This document shows, piece by piece, positions 11,510-21,058 of a stretch of DNA of 32,000 nucleotides (positions within the stretch are counted from its first letter, which is position 1; each line of letters opens with the position of its first letter). Below the pieces are notes generated by a model, which was given only the letters and a program-made list of their open reading frames with translations, searched no databases and was not told the DNA's origin. Origin of the DNA: Blochmannia endosymbiont of Camponotus modoc (GTDB taxonomy: Bacteria > Pseudomonadota > Gammaproteobacteria > Enterobacterales > Enterobacteriaceae). The translations under genes were made by a program, and so were the position numbers. Location of the stretch: NCBI RefSeq assembly GCF_023585785.1, contig NZ_CP097765.1, positions 60,001-92,000 of the forward strand, given 5' to 3'.

Positions 11510-12298
11510 ATGGCATTGCTTAGTAATAAGCGAATTTTAGTTACCGGTGTAGCTAACAATAAATCTATAGCTTACGGTATAGCGCAGGCTTTACATAGAG
11601 AAGGTGCTGAATTGGCTTTTACTTACCATACCGATAAATTGAAATTGAGAGTACAAAATCTATCTAAAAATTTTGATTCTGATATTGTATTACCGTGTGA
11701 TGTATCCGAAGATGCTTGTATAGATAAATTATTTGTTGAGTTGAGAAAAAAGTGGTCGACTTTCGATGGTTTTATACATGCAATAGCGTTTGCTCCCACT
11801 GATCAATTGACAGGTGATTATGTAGATACTGTTACTCGTGAAGGGTTTACGTTATCTCATGTTATTAGTTCTTATAGTTTTGTAGGAATAGCCAAAGCAT
11901 GCGAGAACATGCTTAACAATAGTGCATCTTTACTTACATTGACTTATTTAGGTGCTATGCGTGCTACTCCTTATTACAATGTAATGGGATTAGCTAAGGC
12001 TTCATTAGAAGCAAATACTCGTTATATGGCCAATTCCATGGGACCAAAAAAAGGTATTCGTGTCAATGCGATTTCTTGTGGGCCTGTTCGCACTTTGGCG
12101 TCTTCTGGTATTAAGAATTTTAAAAAGATGTTGTTGTGTTATCAAAGACAATCACCGATTCGTCGTAATATTTCTATTGAAGAAATTGGAAACGTTGCTG
12201 TATTTTTATGTTCTGATTTATCATCTGGTATTACTGGTGAAATAATTTATGTTGATGGTGGATTTAATATCGCATCTAATATAGATGACATAGAATGA
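11510..12298 (+). CDS. fabI: enoyl-ACP reductase (NADH)
   Basis: 262-aa ORF with [30 protein letters not shown] (Tyr/Lys catalytic pair) and VNAIS.GP.RTLA. GGAG lies 8 nt upstream of the ATG. Confidence 0.95.
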   Translation: MALLSNKRILVTGVANNKSIAYGIAQALHREGAELAFTYHTDKLKLRVQNLSKNFDSDIVLPCDVSEDACIDKLFVELRKKWSTFDGFIHAIAFAPTDQLTGDYVDTVTREGFTLSHVISSYSFVGIAKACENMLNNSASLLTLTYLGAMRATPYYNVMGLAKASLEANTRYMANSMGPKKGIRVNAISCGPVRTLASSGIKNFKKMLLCYQRQSPIRRNISIEEIGNVAVFLCSDLSSGITGEIIYVDGGFNIASNIDDIE

Positions 12299-12585
12299 TT
12301 AATATAATTAGTAATGTAGGATATAGTTATTATATTTAAATGTTTGAAGTGTTATTAAATAATAATATGCTTATATTTTATGCTTGAGGTCATTCTTTTT
12401 TTAAAATTTTTGGGTTATAGTGAATATGTGATTTTTTTATAATTTATTTTTATTGTAGAATTTAATATTTAATTTTTATAATGTGATTGCGTTATGAAAT
12501 ATGATTTGTGATGGTTGGGTTCGTGTTGTAAGAATAATATTAAAATAATTATTAATTTTTAGAACTAGATGTACACGATAATGGA

Positions 12586-13233
12586 ATGGATATGCGATAT
12601 AATATTATACCAGTTACTCCTTTTCATCAAAATTGTTCAATAATTTGGTGCGAAGTAACAAATGAAGCAGTTTTAGTAGATCCTGGAGGAGAAGGTGATA
12701 AATTACGATCAGAAATAGATAAATTAGGAGTAAAAGTAAATAAAATTTTATTAACTCACGGTCACTTTGATCATGTTGGTAGCGCTATGGAGTTACGACA
12801 ATATTATAAAATACCAATAATAGGTCCAAATAAAGCTGATCAATCGTTGTTAGATGATTTATCTGTTCAGTGCAGAACATTAGATATAGATTTTCCTAAC
12901 AGTAGTACTACTGCAGTTATTCCAGATGTTTGGTTAGAAGATGGCGATACAGTACAAGTGGGCCGCGAAGTTTTTAACATATTACATTGTCCAGGGCATT
13001 CTCCGGGACACATAGTGTATTGGAATAAAATACGAAAATTTATAGTGATGGGAGATGTATTATTTAAAAAAAGTATTGGTCGCACGGATTTGCCTGGAGG
13101 GAATACTGCAGTTTTGATTAATTCTATTAAGACTAAATTGTTTCCATTGGGAGATGATATTCTTTTTTTACCGGGACACGGCAGCAGCTCTACTTTGGGT
13201 TACGAGCGTTTAAATAATATTTACGTAACATAA
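12586..13233 (+). CDS. gloC: metallo-beta-lactamase fold hydrolase (YcbL/GloC-type glyoxalase II)
   Basis: 215-aa ORF collinear with E. coli YcbL: IIPVT.F.QNCS.IWCE, THGHFDHVG (HxHxDH), HCPGHSPGH, GHG..STLGYER. Alignment slightly favours the second ATG at 12592 as the true start. Confidence 0.88.
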   Translation: MDMRYNIIPVTPFHQNCSIIWCEVTNEAVLVDPGGEGDKLRSEIDKLGVKVNKILLTHGHFDHVGSAMELRQYYKIPIIGPNKADQSLLDDLSVQCRTLDIDFPNSSTTAVIPDVWLEDGDTVQVGREVFNILHCPGHSPGHIVYWNKIRKFIVMGDVLFKKSIGRTDLPGGNTAVLINSIKTKLFPLGDDILFLPGHGSSSTLGYERLNNIYVT

Positions 13234-13338
13234 CATACTATATCATAGTAAAATTTTATGATGCTCTTCTTCAATGAGAGAAAATCTGTAAATTTAAGGG
13301 CTGAGGTCTGTGTGTCGCTTTATTGTTTATGTTTTATA

Positions 13339-13386
13339 AACGTTTAATTGCATTTATTTTAATTAAAATAAATGCAATTAAACGTT
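13339..13386. repeat. perfect 48-nt palindrome (24-nt arms) in the convergent gloC/aspC gap; candidate bidirectional terminator or cruciform site
   Basis: AACGTTTAATTGCATTTATTTTAA is directly followed by its exact reverse complement TTAAAATAAATGCAATTAAACGTT, checked base by base. It lies 106 nt after the gloC stop and 18 nt after the aspC stop. Confidence 0.9.
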
Positions 13387-13389
13387 CGT

Positions 13390-13415
13390 CAACCATCTTA
13401 CCATCAAGATGGTTG
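13390..13415 (-). terminator. 10-bp perfect hairpin overlapping the aspC stop codon (candidate terminator element)
   Basis: CAACCATCTT (13390-13399) and AAGATGGTTG (13406-13415) are exact reverse complements with a 6-nt loop. No clear U-tract follows. The function is inferred only from position. Confidence 0.4.
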
Positions 13416-14618
13416 CGTTGTTGTTTGTAAAGTTTTAATTATAGAGTTACTGACATAAGTGATGTTGTCATCTGATAACCCAGATAAATTAATTCTACCC
13501 GCTCCTACTAGGTAAATGCCAAACTGATTTCTTAATCTCATCACTTGATTTTCATTTAAACCTATAAAAGAAAACATACCACATTGTCGTTCAATAAAAC
13601 TGAAATCTCTATTTTTGTCATTAGTTTGTAAAGTGTTTGCAAATAATTTTCTCATATGATTGATGCTTTCTCGCATGTTTTTGAGTTCTTTTTCCCATGT
13701 AGATCGTAAAGTTTTGTTATTTAAAATCAAAGATACAACAGATGCTCCATGAGCTGGTGGATTGGAATAATTACCGCGAATAATAACACGTAATTGACTT
13801 AATGCGTGTTCAGCATCTTCATTATTATTAGTGATTACAGTGCATGCTCCTATTCGTTCATTATATAACCCGAAGTTTTTTGAATAAGAATTACATACTA
13901 TCAATTCTGAATTTTTTTTACAGAAAATATATAAACCTTCAAGATCTTCTTGTAAACCACGAGAAAATCCTTGATAAGCTAGATCAAACAAAGGTAGCCA
14001 TTGTTTTTTTGCTGACAATTCCGATAGCATACCCCATTGTTCAGCATTAGGATCAATGCCTGTAGGATTATGGCAGCAACAATGGAATAATACGACATCA
14101 TTAGGCTTAACGTCTTTCAAACTTGAATATAATTCATTAAAACTTAGTGAACGAGTTACATTATTATAATAAGGATAAGTATACACTTTTAATCCTGCAG
14201 CAAGGAAAATATTTCTATGATTGATCCAAGTAGGAGAACTAATCCATATGCGTTTAGAATTAGTATTTTTTACTATAAATTCAGCTGCAATACGTAACGC
14301 ACCAGTCCCTCCAGGAGTTTGAACAGTTCTCATGCGTTTTTTTGAAATAATAGAATTATCATCTGTTCCAAATAATAAATATTGAGTCGCAGTATTAAAG
14401 GAATGTAAACCTTCTATGCTAAGATAATTTTTACTGATTTCGTGTTTTAGTAACCATTCTTCAGCTTTCTTGACGCTAGTTAAAACGGGAGTATTTTTCA
14501 GTTTATCGATATATACGCCTATTCCTAGATTAATTTTATTTTTTCGTTCATCAGCATCATAAATTTCTGATAAACCAAGAATTGGATCATCAGGTGCCAT
14601 TTTAATAGATTTAAACAT
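13404..14618 (-). CDS. aspC: aspartate aminotransferase
   Basis: Collinear with E. coli AspC: APDDPILGL, QTPGGTGALR, SYSKNFGLYNERIG (PLP lysine), SNPPAHGA. An in-frame ATG also exists at 14627. Alignment to MFENITAAP favours 14618. Confidence 0.92.
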   Translation of the reverse strand: MFKSIKMAPDDPILGLSEIYDADERKNKINLGIGVYIDKLKNTPVLTSVKKAEEWLLKHEISKNYLSIEGLHSFNTATQYLLFGTDDNSIISKKRMRTVQTPGGTGALRIAAEFIVKNTNSKRIWISSPTWINHRNIFLAAGLKVYTYPYYNNVTRSLSFNELYSSLKDVKPNDVVLFHCCCHNPTGIDPNAEQWGMLSELSAKKQWLPLFDLAYQGFSRGLQEDLEGLYIFCKKNSELIVCNSYSKNFGLYNERIGACTVITNNNEDAEHALSQLRVIIRGNYSNPPAHGASVVSLILNNKTLRSTWEKELKNMRESINHMRKLFANTLQTNDKNRDFSFIERQCGMFSFIGLNENQVMRLRNQFGIYLVGAGRINLSGLSDDNITYVSNSIIKTLQTTTQPS

Positions 14619-14832
14619 AACATGCATCCGTATTTATTATAATATGCAGGATATTTTATTTATATCAAAAACTATCATGTTTTTCCAATTATTTATGTTG
14701 AAATTTTCAATTTTAATAATATAAGAATATAAATATATAATCATGCATATATATATAATGTATACATATGGATTATTTTTAAGCATTATAATTAGATTTA
14801 TTTTATTTATGTATTCATGCTTATGGATTTTT

Positions 14833-16242
14833 TCAAAAATTAATGTTTTTTGAGGTTCTGGGAAACGGAATGACATCTCTAATATTTTTTATTCCTGTTA
14901 CATATATCATTAATCTTTCAAAACCTAACCCGAACCCTGAATGAGGCACTGTTCCGTAGCGTCGTAGATCACGATACCACCAATAATTTTCTTGTGTTAA
15001 ACAGTTTTCTTGTAATCTTTGATCTAATTTTGATAATCTTTCTTCTCGCTGTGAACCTCCAATTATTTCACCAATTCCTGGAACTAAAATATCCATAGAT
15101 GCTACAGTTTTATTATCATCGTTTAAACGCATGTAGAAGGCTTTGATGTTTTTTGGAGAGTTTTTTATTATTACTGGGGATTTAAAATATTCTTCCGACA
15201 GATATTTTTCATGTTCAGAGAATAAATCTGTTCCCCAGTGAATCGGATTATTAAATTTTCTGTTGCATATTTCTAATAATTTTATTGCTTCAGTATATTC
15301 TATATGATTGAATTTAATATCAGAGAAATTTTCCAGGATAGTAATAATATTTTTGTTTATTTTATCAACTAAGTATTTTATATCGTCAGAACGTTTTTCA
15401 AGGAGTATTCTGATGATGTTTTTAAGTAAAGATTCTGCTAAAATAATAATGTCATCTAAGGTCATAAATGCCGCTTCTGGTTCTATCATCCAAAATTCAG
15501 CTAAATGTCGATTAGTATTGGAATATTCTGCTCTAAAAGTTGGACCAAAAGTATATACTTTTGATAGCGCACAAGCATAAGCTTCTGCATTTAATTGACC
15601 TGATACTGTTAAAAAAGCTTTTTTACTAAAAAAGTCATAGGTGTCGTGAGTATGATGTAATTTTTCGTTTGGATTGCTTAAAATTTGTTGAGTTTCTGAA
15701 GTAGATACGCAGAACATTTTACTGCTTCCTTCAGTGTCACATGCGGTAATTATAGGAGTAGGAATCCAGATAAATCCTTGTTTATGCAAAAAGTTATGAA
15801 TAGCTTGTGATAACGTGTCTCTGATACGAGCAACAGCACCAATTGTATTAGTACGTGGTCTCAGATGAGAAACTTCACGTAAATATTCCATAGTATGTTT
15901 TTTAGCAGTTATTGGGTAAGTACTAGGATCTTCTATCCATCCTAATATTTTAATGTTTTTTGCAATTACTTCAACATGTTGTTTTATACCAATAGATTTA
16001 ACTATTATTCCTACAATTATAACTGAGCAACCGCTAGTTAAACGCAATATCTCATTTTTATAGTTATCTAACTGATCATACGCAATTATTTGCAACGAGT
16101 TGATACATGAACCATCATATAAATCTAGGAAGGAAATTTTAGCTTTAGAATCTCGTCGGGTTCGAATCCATCCTTGTATAGTAATTTCAGTATTTTTTGA
16201 TACATTTCCGCTCAGTATATCTACTACTGATACTATATTCAT
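14833..16242 (-). CDS. asnS: asparaginyl-tRNA synthetase
   Basis: 469-aa ORF with [11 protein letters not shown], class-II motifs FRAE and GFGLGFERL, and C-terminus IPFPRT. AGGAG lies upstream of the ATG. Confidence 0.96.
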   Translation of the reverse strand: MNIVSVVDILSGNVSKNTEITIQGWIRTRRDSKAKISFLDLYDGSCINSLQIIAYDQLDNYKNEILRLTSGCSVIIVGIIVKSIGIKQHVEVIAKNIKILGWIEDPSTYPITAKKHTMEYLREVSHLRPRTNTIGAVARIRDTLSQAIHNFLHKQGFIWIPTPIITACDTEGSSKMFCVSTSETQQILSNPNEKLHHTHDTYDFFSKKAFLTVSGQLNAEAYACALSKVYTFGPTFRAEYSNTNRHLAEFWMIEPEAAFMTLDDIIILAESLLKNIIRILLEKRSDDIKYLVDKINKNIITILENFSDIKFNHIEYTEAIKLLEICNRKFNNPIHWGTDLFSEHEKYLSEEYFKSPVIIKNSPKNIKAFYMRLNDDNKTVASMDILVPGIGEIIGGSQREERLSKLDQRLQENCLTQENYWWYRDLRRYGTVPHSGFGLGFERLMIYVTGIKNIRDVIPFPRTSKNINF

Positions 16243-16587
16243 AGTATAGTCTCCTGATTTTTAGATTAATAATATTTTAATTTTTAGTTATATTATAAAT
16301 GTTAAACATCATATACTGATAATTGTATTTGAAATAGTATGCAGTATATATAGATCATAATTTTTTATTTCTTTGAGTACATTCTTGATCAGATATAGAT
16401 AACTGTTATAACTTAATAAATTATTAATCAGAGATATGTTTATTATTATAATAACAATGTATATTGTTAGTTGTTGTACTATATGATAGTTACGTCTTTT
16501 ATATGAAATAAGTTAAATTTTGATAGAGTTAGTTAATATAGTTACATTAATACTCAAAAATATTTTTATATTCTATATCTAAATGTT

Positions 16588-17106
16588 TTAGAATACTGTA
16601 GAATTTTTAAACAATCCAACTTTTAAATCAGTTGCGGTATAAATAATTTTCCCATCACATAATACTTCACCATCAGCCATGCCCATAATTAGCTTTCTGT
16701 TAATGATTCTTCGAAAATGAATAAAATAAGTAACTTTTTTAGATGTAGGTAAAATTTGGCCAGTAAATTTAACCTCTTTTACTCCTAAAGCGCGTCCTTT
16801 ACCTTCTCCCCCGAGCCAACCGAGGTAAAACCCTACTAATTGCCACATAGCATCCAATCCTAAACATCCCGGCATAACTGGGTCTTTTATAAAATGACAA
16901 TTAAAAAACCACATATCTGATTGAATATCTAATTCTGCTTCTATAAATCCTTTATTATAATTTCCTCCATTTTTAGTCATTTTTATTACTCGATCCATCA
17001 TCAGCATGTTAGGAGCGGGCAGTGTCGGTCCGTTTTTTCCAAATAATTCACCCCTACTGGAAGCTAATAGATCTTCTTTTGTATAGTATTCACGTTTATT
17101 AAGCAT
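16588..17106 (-). CDS. fabA: 3-hydroxydecanoyl-ACP dehydratase/isomerase
   Basis: The ORF is open from 17148, but [23 protein letters not shown] aligns to the E. coli FabA N-terminus, giving 172 aa, the same as E. coli. Active-site region [21 protein letters not shown] is present. Confidence 0.93.
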   Translation of the reverse strand: MLNKREYYTKEDLLASSRGELFGKNGPTLPAPNMLMMDRVIKMTKNGGNYNKGFIEAELDIQSDMWFFNCHFIKDPVMPGCLGLDAMWQLVGFYLGWLGGEGKGRALGVKEVKFTGQILPTSKKVTYFIHFRRIINRKLIMGMADGEVLCDGKIIYTATDLKVGLFKNSTVF

Positions 17107-17809
17107 AGCACATCTCATCTTATGAATATATTTGCTCATTTCGTACAATATAAAATATTAAATTATTAAATGTGATTATATTCCGTATGTGTATACGTAT
17201 ATGATAAAAATATTTATTACATTATATATTTAGTGATTTTATCAAATAATTAAATTTTTTTGATAAAAAGTTTAAGTTATTGTGTTTTAATGAGATTTGA
17301 AATTATATGTTCATTTTATAAATTATTCCATTATATTTGTTTTATTCTGAAAACATTATTGTTTATTAAATATATATGAATTTATTTAAGTGTGTGTAAT
17401 TATATTTAATATGTATTACTTTAATATAATAAATGATTATTTTTGGTATTAAACATAATTTAATGGTGTGTGATTTTATAAAATACATATTTTTTGAAAA
17501 ATATATTTTTTATTAAAGATAAATAATATAGAATATTATGCTCTATTAAAAAATAGTTTTATATTAGATAAATGTGAATCTAAATTATGACAAAATATAT
17601 CAATTAGTATTTATTGTAATTAATATGTGGTAATTAAATACTTGCAGCATCAATTGATATGTTCGAGTATGTGTTTCCTTATGGGTTCTGGAGATAAAAG
17701 TTATGTTGTATATAGGTATGATTGGAAATTAATTACTACGATTAAATTATTATTTGAATTTGATATTAAATAATAGATATATTTAAAATTTAAGATATTA
17801 TTGCATTCG

Positions 17810-17839
17810 AAATGGTTATATTTATAAATATAACCATTT
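17810..17839. repeat. perfect 30-nt palindrome about 95 nt downstream of hspQ
   Basis: AAATGGTTATATTTA is directly followed by TAAATATAACCATTT. All 15 pairs were checked individually, and the flanking g/g pair breaks the symmetry. Confidence 0.9.
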
Positions 17840-17934
17840 GAAAAAGTGTTTAATATAATCTTATTTTGTATAGGAAATATAATATTTTTGATAATTTTTT
17901 TGTATATACATAAAAAGTTTCTTGGATATGAAGA

Positions 17935-18252
17935 TTAATTTCTTAATCTTGGTGTTTGCAGTTGTAAACGAATAGATTCAGAAAGCTCATCTAAAGTTGT
18001 TTGTTCTGGATGTGTTAGTATGTTCTCATACCCGAGTTGTACTTCTGCTAAGTAAGTATGCATGGGTTTTCCTTCTTCATCTTCCATAACAACATGATAC
18101 CAGGGAGATTTTCGTAGGGTGTCATTTTTTGTAATTTCATCTAATGTAGGTTTTTCAAGAGAATACTCTGGATCTATATCTATTATTACTCCTAAATATC
18201 CTAATAACTTATGTCGTACTTGTTGTCCTATTCCAAATTTGCTAGCGATCAT
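17935..18252 (-). CDS. hspQ: heat-shock protein HspQ (YccV family)
   Basis: 105 aa, collinear end to end with E. coli HspQ: [25 protein letters not shown] ... PWYHVVMED ... QLQ.PRLRN. Confidence 0.93.
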   Translation of the reverse strand: MIASKFGIGQQVRHKLLGYLGVIIDIDPEYSLEKPTLDEITKNDTLRKSPWYHVVMEDEEGKPMHTYLAEVQLGYENILTHPEQTTLDELSESIRLQLQTPRLRN

Positions 18253-18460
18253 AATCCCCCCCTATTAAATATTATCTACTGGAAATAATAGAATAGATAT
18301 GGGATAAGATAATAAAATCAAGGGTAAATTATTATTAAGTAGATTTAATATAAATAAATAATCTATTTTTAATGTTAAATAAATTTAATAGCCTTCTATT
18401 TTAATGTTAAAAATATTTAATAAAACAATTTATTTAAAATTTAAAATTGCGCTTATTGCA

Positions 18461-18790
18461 TTATAAACATTTAATGGGTTTAGGAAGGCCAGAAATTTTT
18501 GCAATTTTTTGAGCTGCAGATCCTTTTGGAAATAAACGAGCAAGGTATTGACTATTTCCTTTTTCTTTACCATGTTTAAGCGCTATAGCGTTGATTAATA
18601 TTCTAATTTTTGGTAGCGCATTAAATTCCATATAAAATTTTCGTACAAAATATATAATTTCCCAATGTATTGTATCCAATGTAATGCCCTCTAATTTAGC
18701 AATATTAATTGCAATTTCTTCATTCCAATCTTCAAGGTGAATTAAATATCCTTGTGTGTCAACATTAGCATTAATTTGATTATACTTCAT
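18461..18790 (-). CDS. tusE: sulfurtransferase TusE (DsrC family; tRNA 2-thiouridine sulfur relay)
   Basis: 109 aa collinear with E. coli TusE/YccK: HWE...FVR.FY.EFN, RLFPKG, and C-terminal GLPKPIKCL with the conserved Cys. Confidence 0.9.
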   Translation of the reverse strand: MKYNQINANVDTQGYLIHLEDWNEEIAINIAKLEGITLDTIHWEIIYFVRKFYMEFNALPKIRILINAIALKHGKEKGNSQYLARLFPKGSAAQKIAKISGLPKPIKCL

Positions 18791-19123
18791 AGGGTTATTC
18801 CTTAATTACTTAATAAATTTATTATTATTTAATAATAATATGTGGAGACTAAAATAGTGTTTAAAGTTAGATATAATCAAAATTGTATTAATTATGAGTA
18901 TGTATATTCATAATAGTATAATATCTACTTGATATAGAATTAATAATAATGTCGTTAAATATGGTCTTTTTTGTTTATAGGAATTATTTTTTATGATTTA
19001 GTATTGATTTCAGTATTAAATTAATAATTTAAACCATTTAAGTTTTTGCTATACGTAGAAGTATAATGTATTTATTGTACTTATCAAAAAATGATAATAT
19101 AATTATATTGTTTCAAATCTTAT

Positions 19124-19210
19124 GGAGGAGTGGCCGAGTGGTTTAAGGCGCCGGTCTTGAAAATCGGTAATGCAAAGAAGCATTCTAGAGTTCGAATCTC
19201 TACTCCTCCG
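19124..19210 (+). tRNA. serT: tRNA-Ser (anticodon UGA), no encoded CCA
   Basis: GGAGGAG acceptor pairs with CTCCTCC. D-arm is GCCGAGTGGTTTAAGGC. Anticodon arm CCGGT-CTTGAAA-ATCGG has TGA at positions 34-36. It has a long variable arm and T-arm TAGAG-TTCGAAT-CTCTA. It closely resembles E. coli serT. GAG follows the discriminator G. Confidence 0.93.
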
Positions 19211-19505
19211 GAGATTTGAAGTATAATGATTATTCTTTGTACTAATGAAATGTGATAAAATCGATATTTTTTATTATTTTTTAAAAATTGTATAAGCAAA
19301 TATACTTCTTAAAAACTAGTTATTTTGATAATTAATGTGTGGTTTTTCATTTATACTATTTTAAGAGCATGTATTCAGAAGTGATTATTAAAGTTTTTGC
19401 TCTAATATTTCAGTTATTTCGTAGATATATATTTATATTAAAAATTTTAAAAGGTTTTTTCTAACTTACTAAAAATGTTAGCAGATATTGCAGTGTCTCA
19501 TTGAT

Positions 19506-19579
19506 TGGGTCGTGTAGGATTTGAACCTACAACCAATTGATTAAGAGTCAACTGCTCTGCCACATTGAGCTAACGACCC
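19506..19579 (-). tRNA. tRNA-Lys with anticodon CUU, no encoded CCA
   Basis: The reverse complement reads GGGTCGTTAGCTCAATGTGGCAGAGCAGTTGACTCTTAATCAATTGGTTGTAGGTTCAAATCCTACACGACCCA. The body is nearly identical to the E. coli lysT family, but the anticodon loop is CT-CTT-AA instead of CT-TTT-AA. Confidence 0.9.
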
Positions 19580-20077
19580 AATTATATTTTCATATATATG
19601 AAACTATGTTAGTAACTAAATTGAATTTTGATTATTTATTCTTTATATATTACTATGTGATATTATTATGTGTAATTGGTTACTTAATGGGCCAAAGACA
19701 ACTTAATTAATTATAGCAACTTATAGACATTGTATCCACAGCAATAGAATACTTTGGTCTTAGTATTCTATTATATCACATAATAATAGAGAAAATTGAT
19801 GATTATATGTTTTATAAATATTTTATGACGTAAGGTTGCAACGATGTAGTTTATTAAATAAATGGATACTATATTTCGATTTTATGTTATAAGAATATTG
19901 GTTATAGGTTAAATGAGTAGTGGTTTATCTAATTGAGAATTTTGATTATATTGATAGAGAATAATGTTATTATGTAAGATTCCTTATAAATATAAAGGAT
20001 GAAGTATGTATTTGTAAAGTTGTAGTATTTTCAAGAACTAATATTCTAATTTTGTTGGATTAATTGTTTTTGTGATT

Positions 20078-20629
20078 ATGGATTTTATTAATATACCGAC
20101 ATATCTTACTTTATTGCGTGTTATCATGGTACCGTTTTTTACGGTAATGTTTTATTTGCCTGTAAGGTGGGCGCCGATGATATGTACCATTACGTTTTTT
20201 GTTGCGGCTGTTACAGATTGGTTTGATGGATTTTTGGCTCGTCGTTGGAAACAAACTACTAGATTTGGTAAATTTTTAGATCCAGTAGCAGATAAAGTTA
20301 TGATAGTTGCAGCACTTGTTTTAATAGCTGAACATTTTCATGCGTGGTGGGTCACATTACCAGCGTCTATTATAATTATTCGTGAAATGATTATATTAGC
20401 ATTACGTGAATGGGTAGCTGCAATTGGTAGTCGTAAAGGAATTGGAGTTTTATGGATTAGCAAAATTAAAACATTTGTACAAATGTTGGCTTTAACTGCA
20501 TTACTATGGAGCTCTGCTGAATGGATAGTAATTATAGGTATTGTTGCGTTATATGTCTCAGTGTTATTGACATTTTGGTCTATGTGCCAATATTTATATA
20601 TTGTGCGTTATGATTTGTTTCATTATTGA
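20078..20629 (+). CDS. pgsA: CDP-diacylglycerol-glycerol-3-phosphate 3-phosphatidyltransferase
   Basis: The track ORF starts at GTG 20072. ATG 20078 ([12 protein letters not shown]) matches E. coli MQFNIPTLLTL. The CDP-alcohol phosphatidyltransferase motif [11 protein letters not shown]....[12 protein letters not shown] is present. Confidence 0.93.
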   Translation: MDFINIPTYLTLLRVIMVPFFTVMFYLPVRWAPMICTITFFVAAVTDWFDGFLARRWKQTTRFGKFLDPVADKVMIVAALVLIAEHFHAWWVTLPASIIIIREMIILALREWVAAIGSRKGIGVLWISKIKTFVQMLALTALLWSSAEWIVIIGIVALYVSVLLTFWSMCQYLYIVRYDLFHY

Positions 20630-21058
20630 TTTCTATTTATATAGATTATAATTTTAAGGTGAAAATGTAATTGTATTTATTTGCAAAATTGATTAGCATT
20701 GACATGCTATCTATATTGTTTGGATATAGGGTTATTTATATAAACTTACATTATATTCAAACATTAAATATGTATATTACTTATACAGAAAACGTACACT
20801 TATTTAAAGATAAAAATATAATTTGAATTTAATCGCTGATGCCAATACGATAAAATCATGTTAGTGTTTGATTTATATCACGTAAGAACTGTATCCTTTT
20901 TAAATAGCAGGGTAGTCTAAGATTGCTGTAGATCTACTATTGTTCAGTTAATCAGTAACAATTCAAATTGTTACTGAAGAATCTATGATTAAGATGTGGT
21001 TATGTTGATAGGGTTATGTACTTACTTCATTGTATATTTAGATTAACATTGTTTGTAA

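Noticed and set aside
14637-14876. 79-aa ORF in the aspC-asnS spacer
   Set aside because: It is an I/N/K/Y-rich translation of AT-rich spacer. It overlaps the asnS 3' end out of frame, has no SD, and has no resemblance to OmpF, which occupies this slot in E. coli.
19733-19741. DnaA-box-like GTATCCACA, with weaker TGTGGA matches near 8183 and 10246
   Set aside because: These are single 7-8 of 9 matches, not clustered, with no adjacent AT-rich 13-mers distinguishable from background and no nearby dnaA, gidA or mioC genes. There is not enough evidence for an origin.
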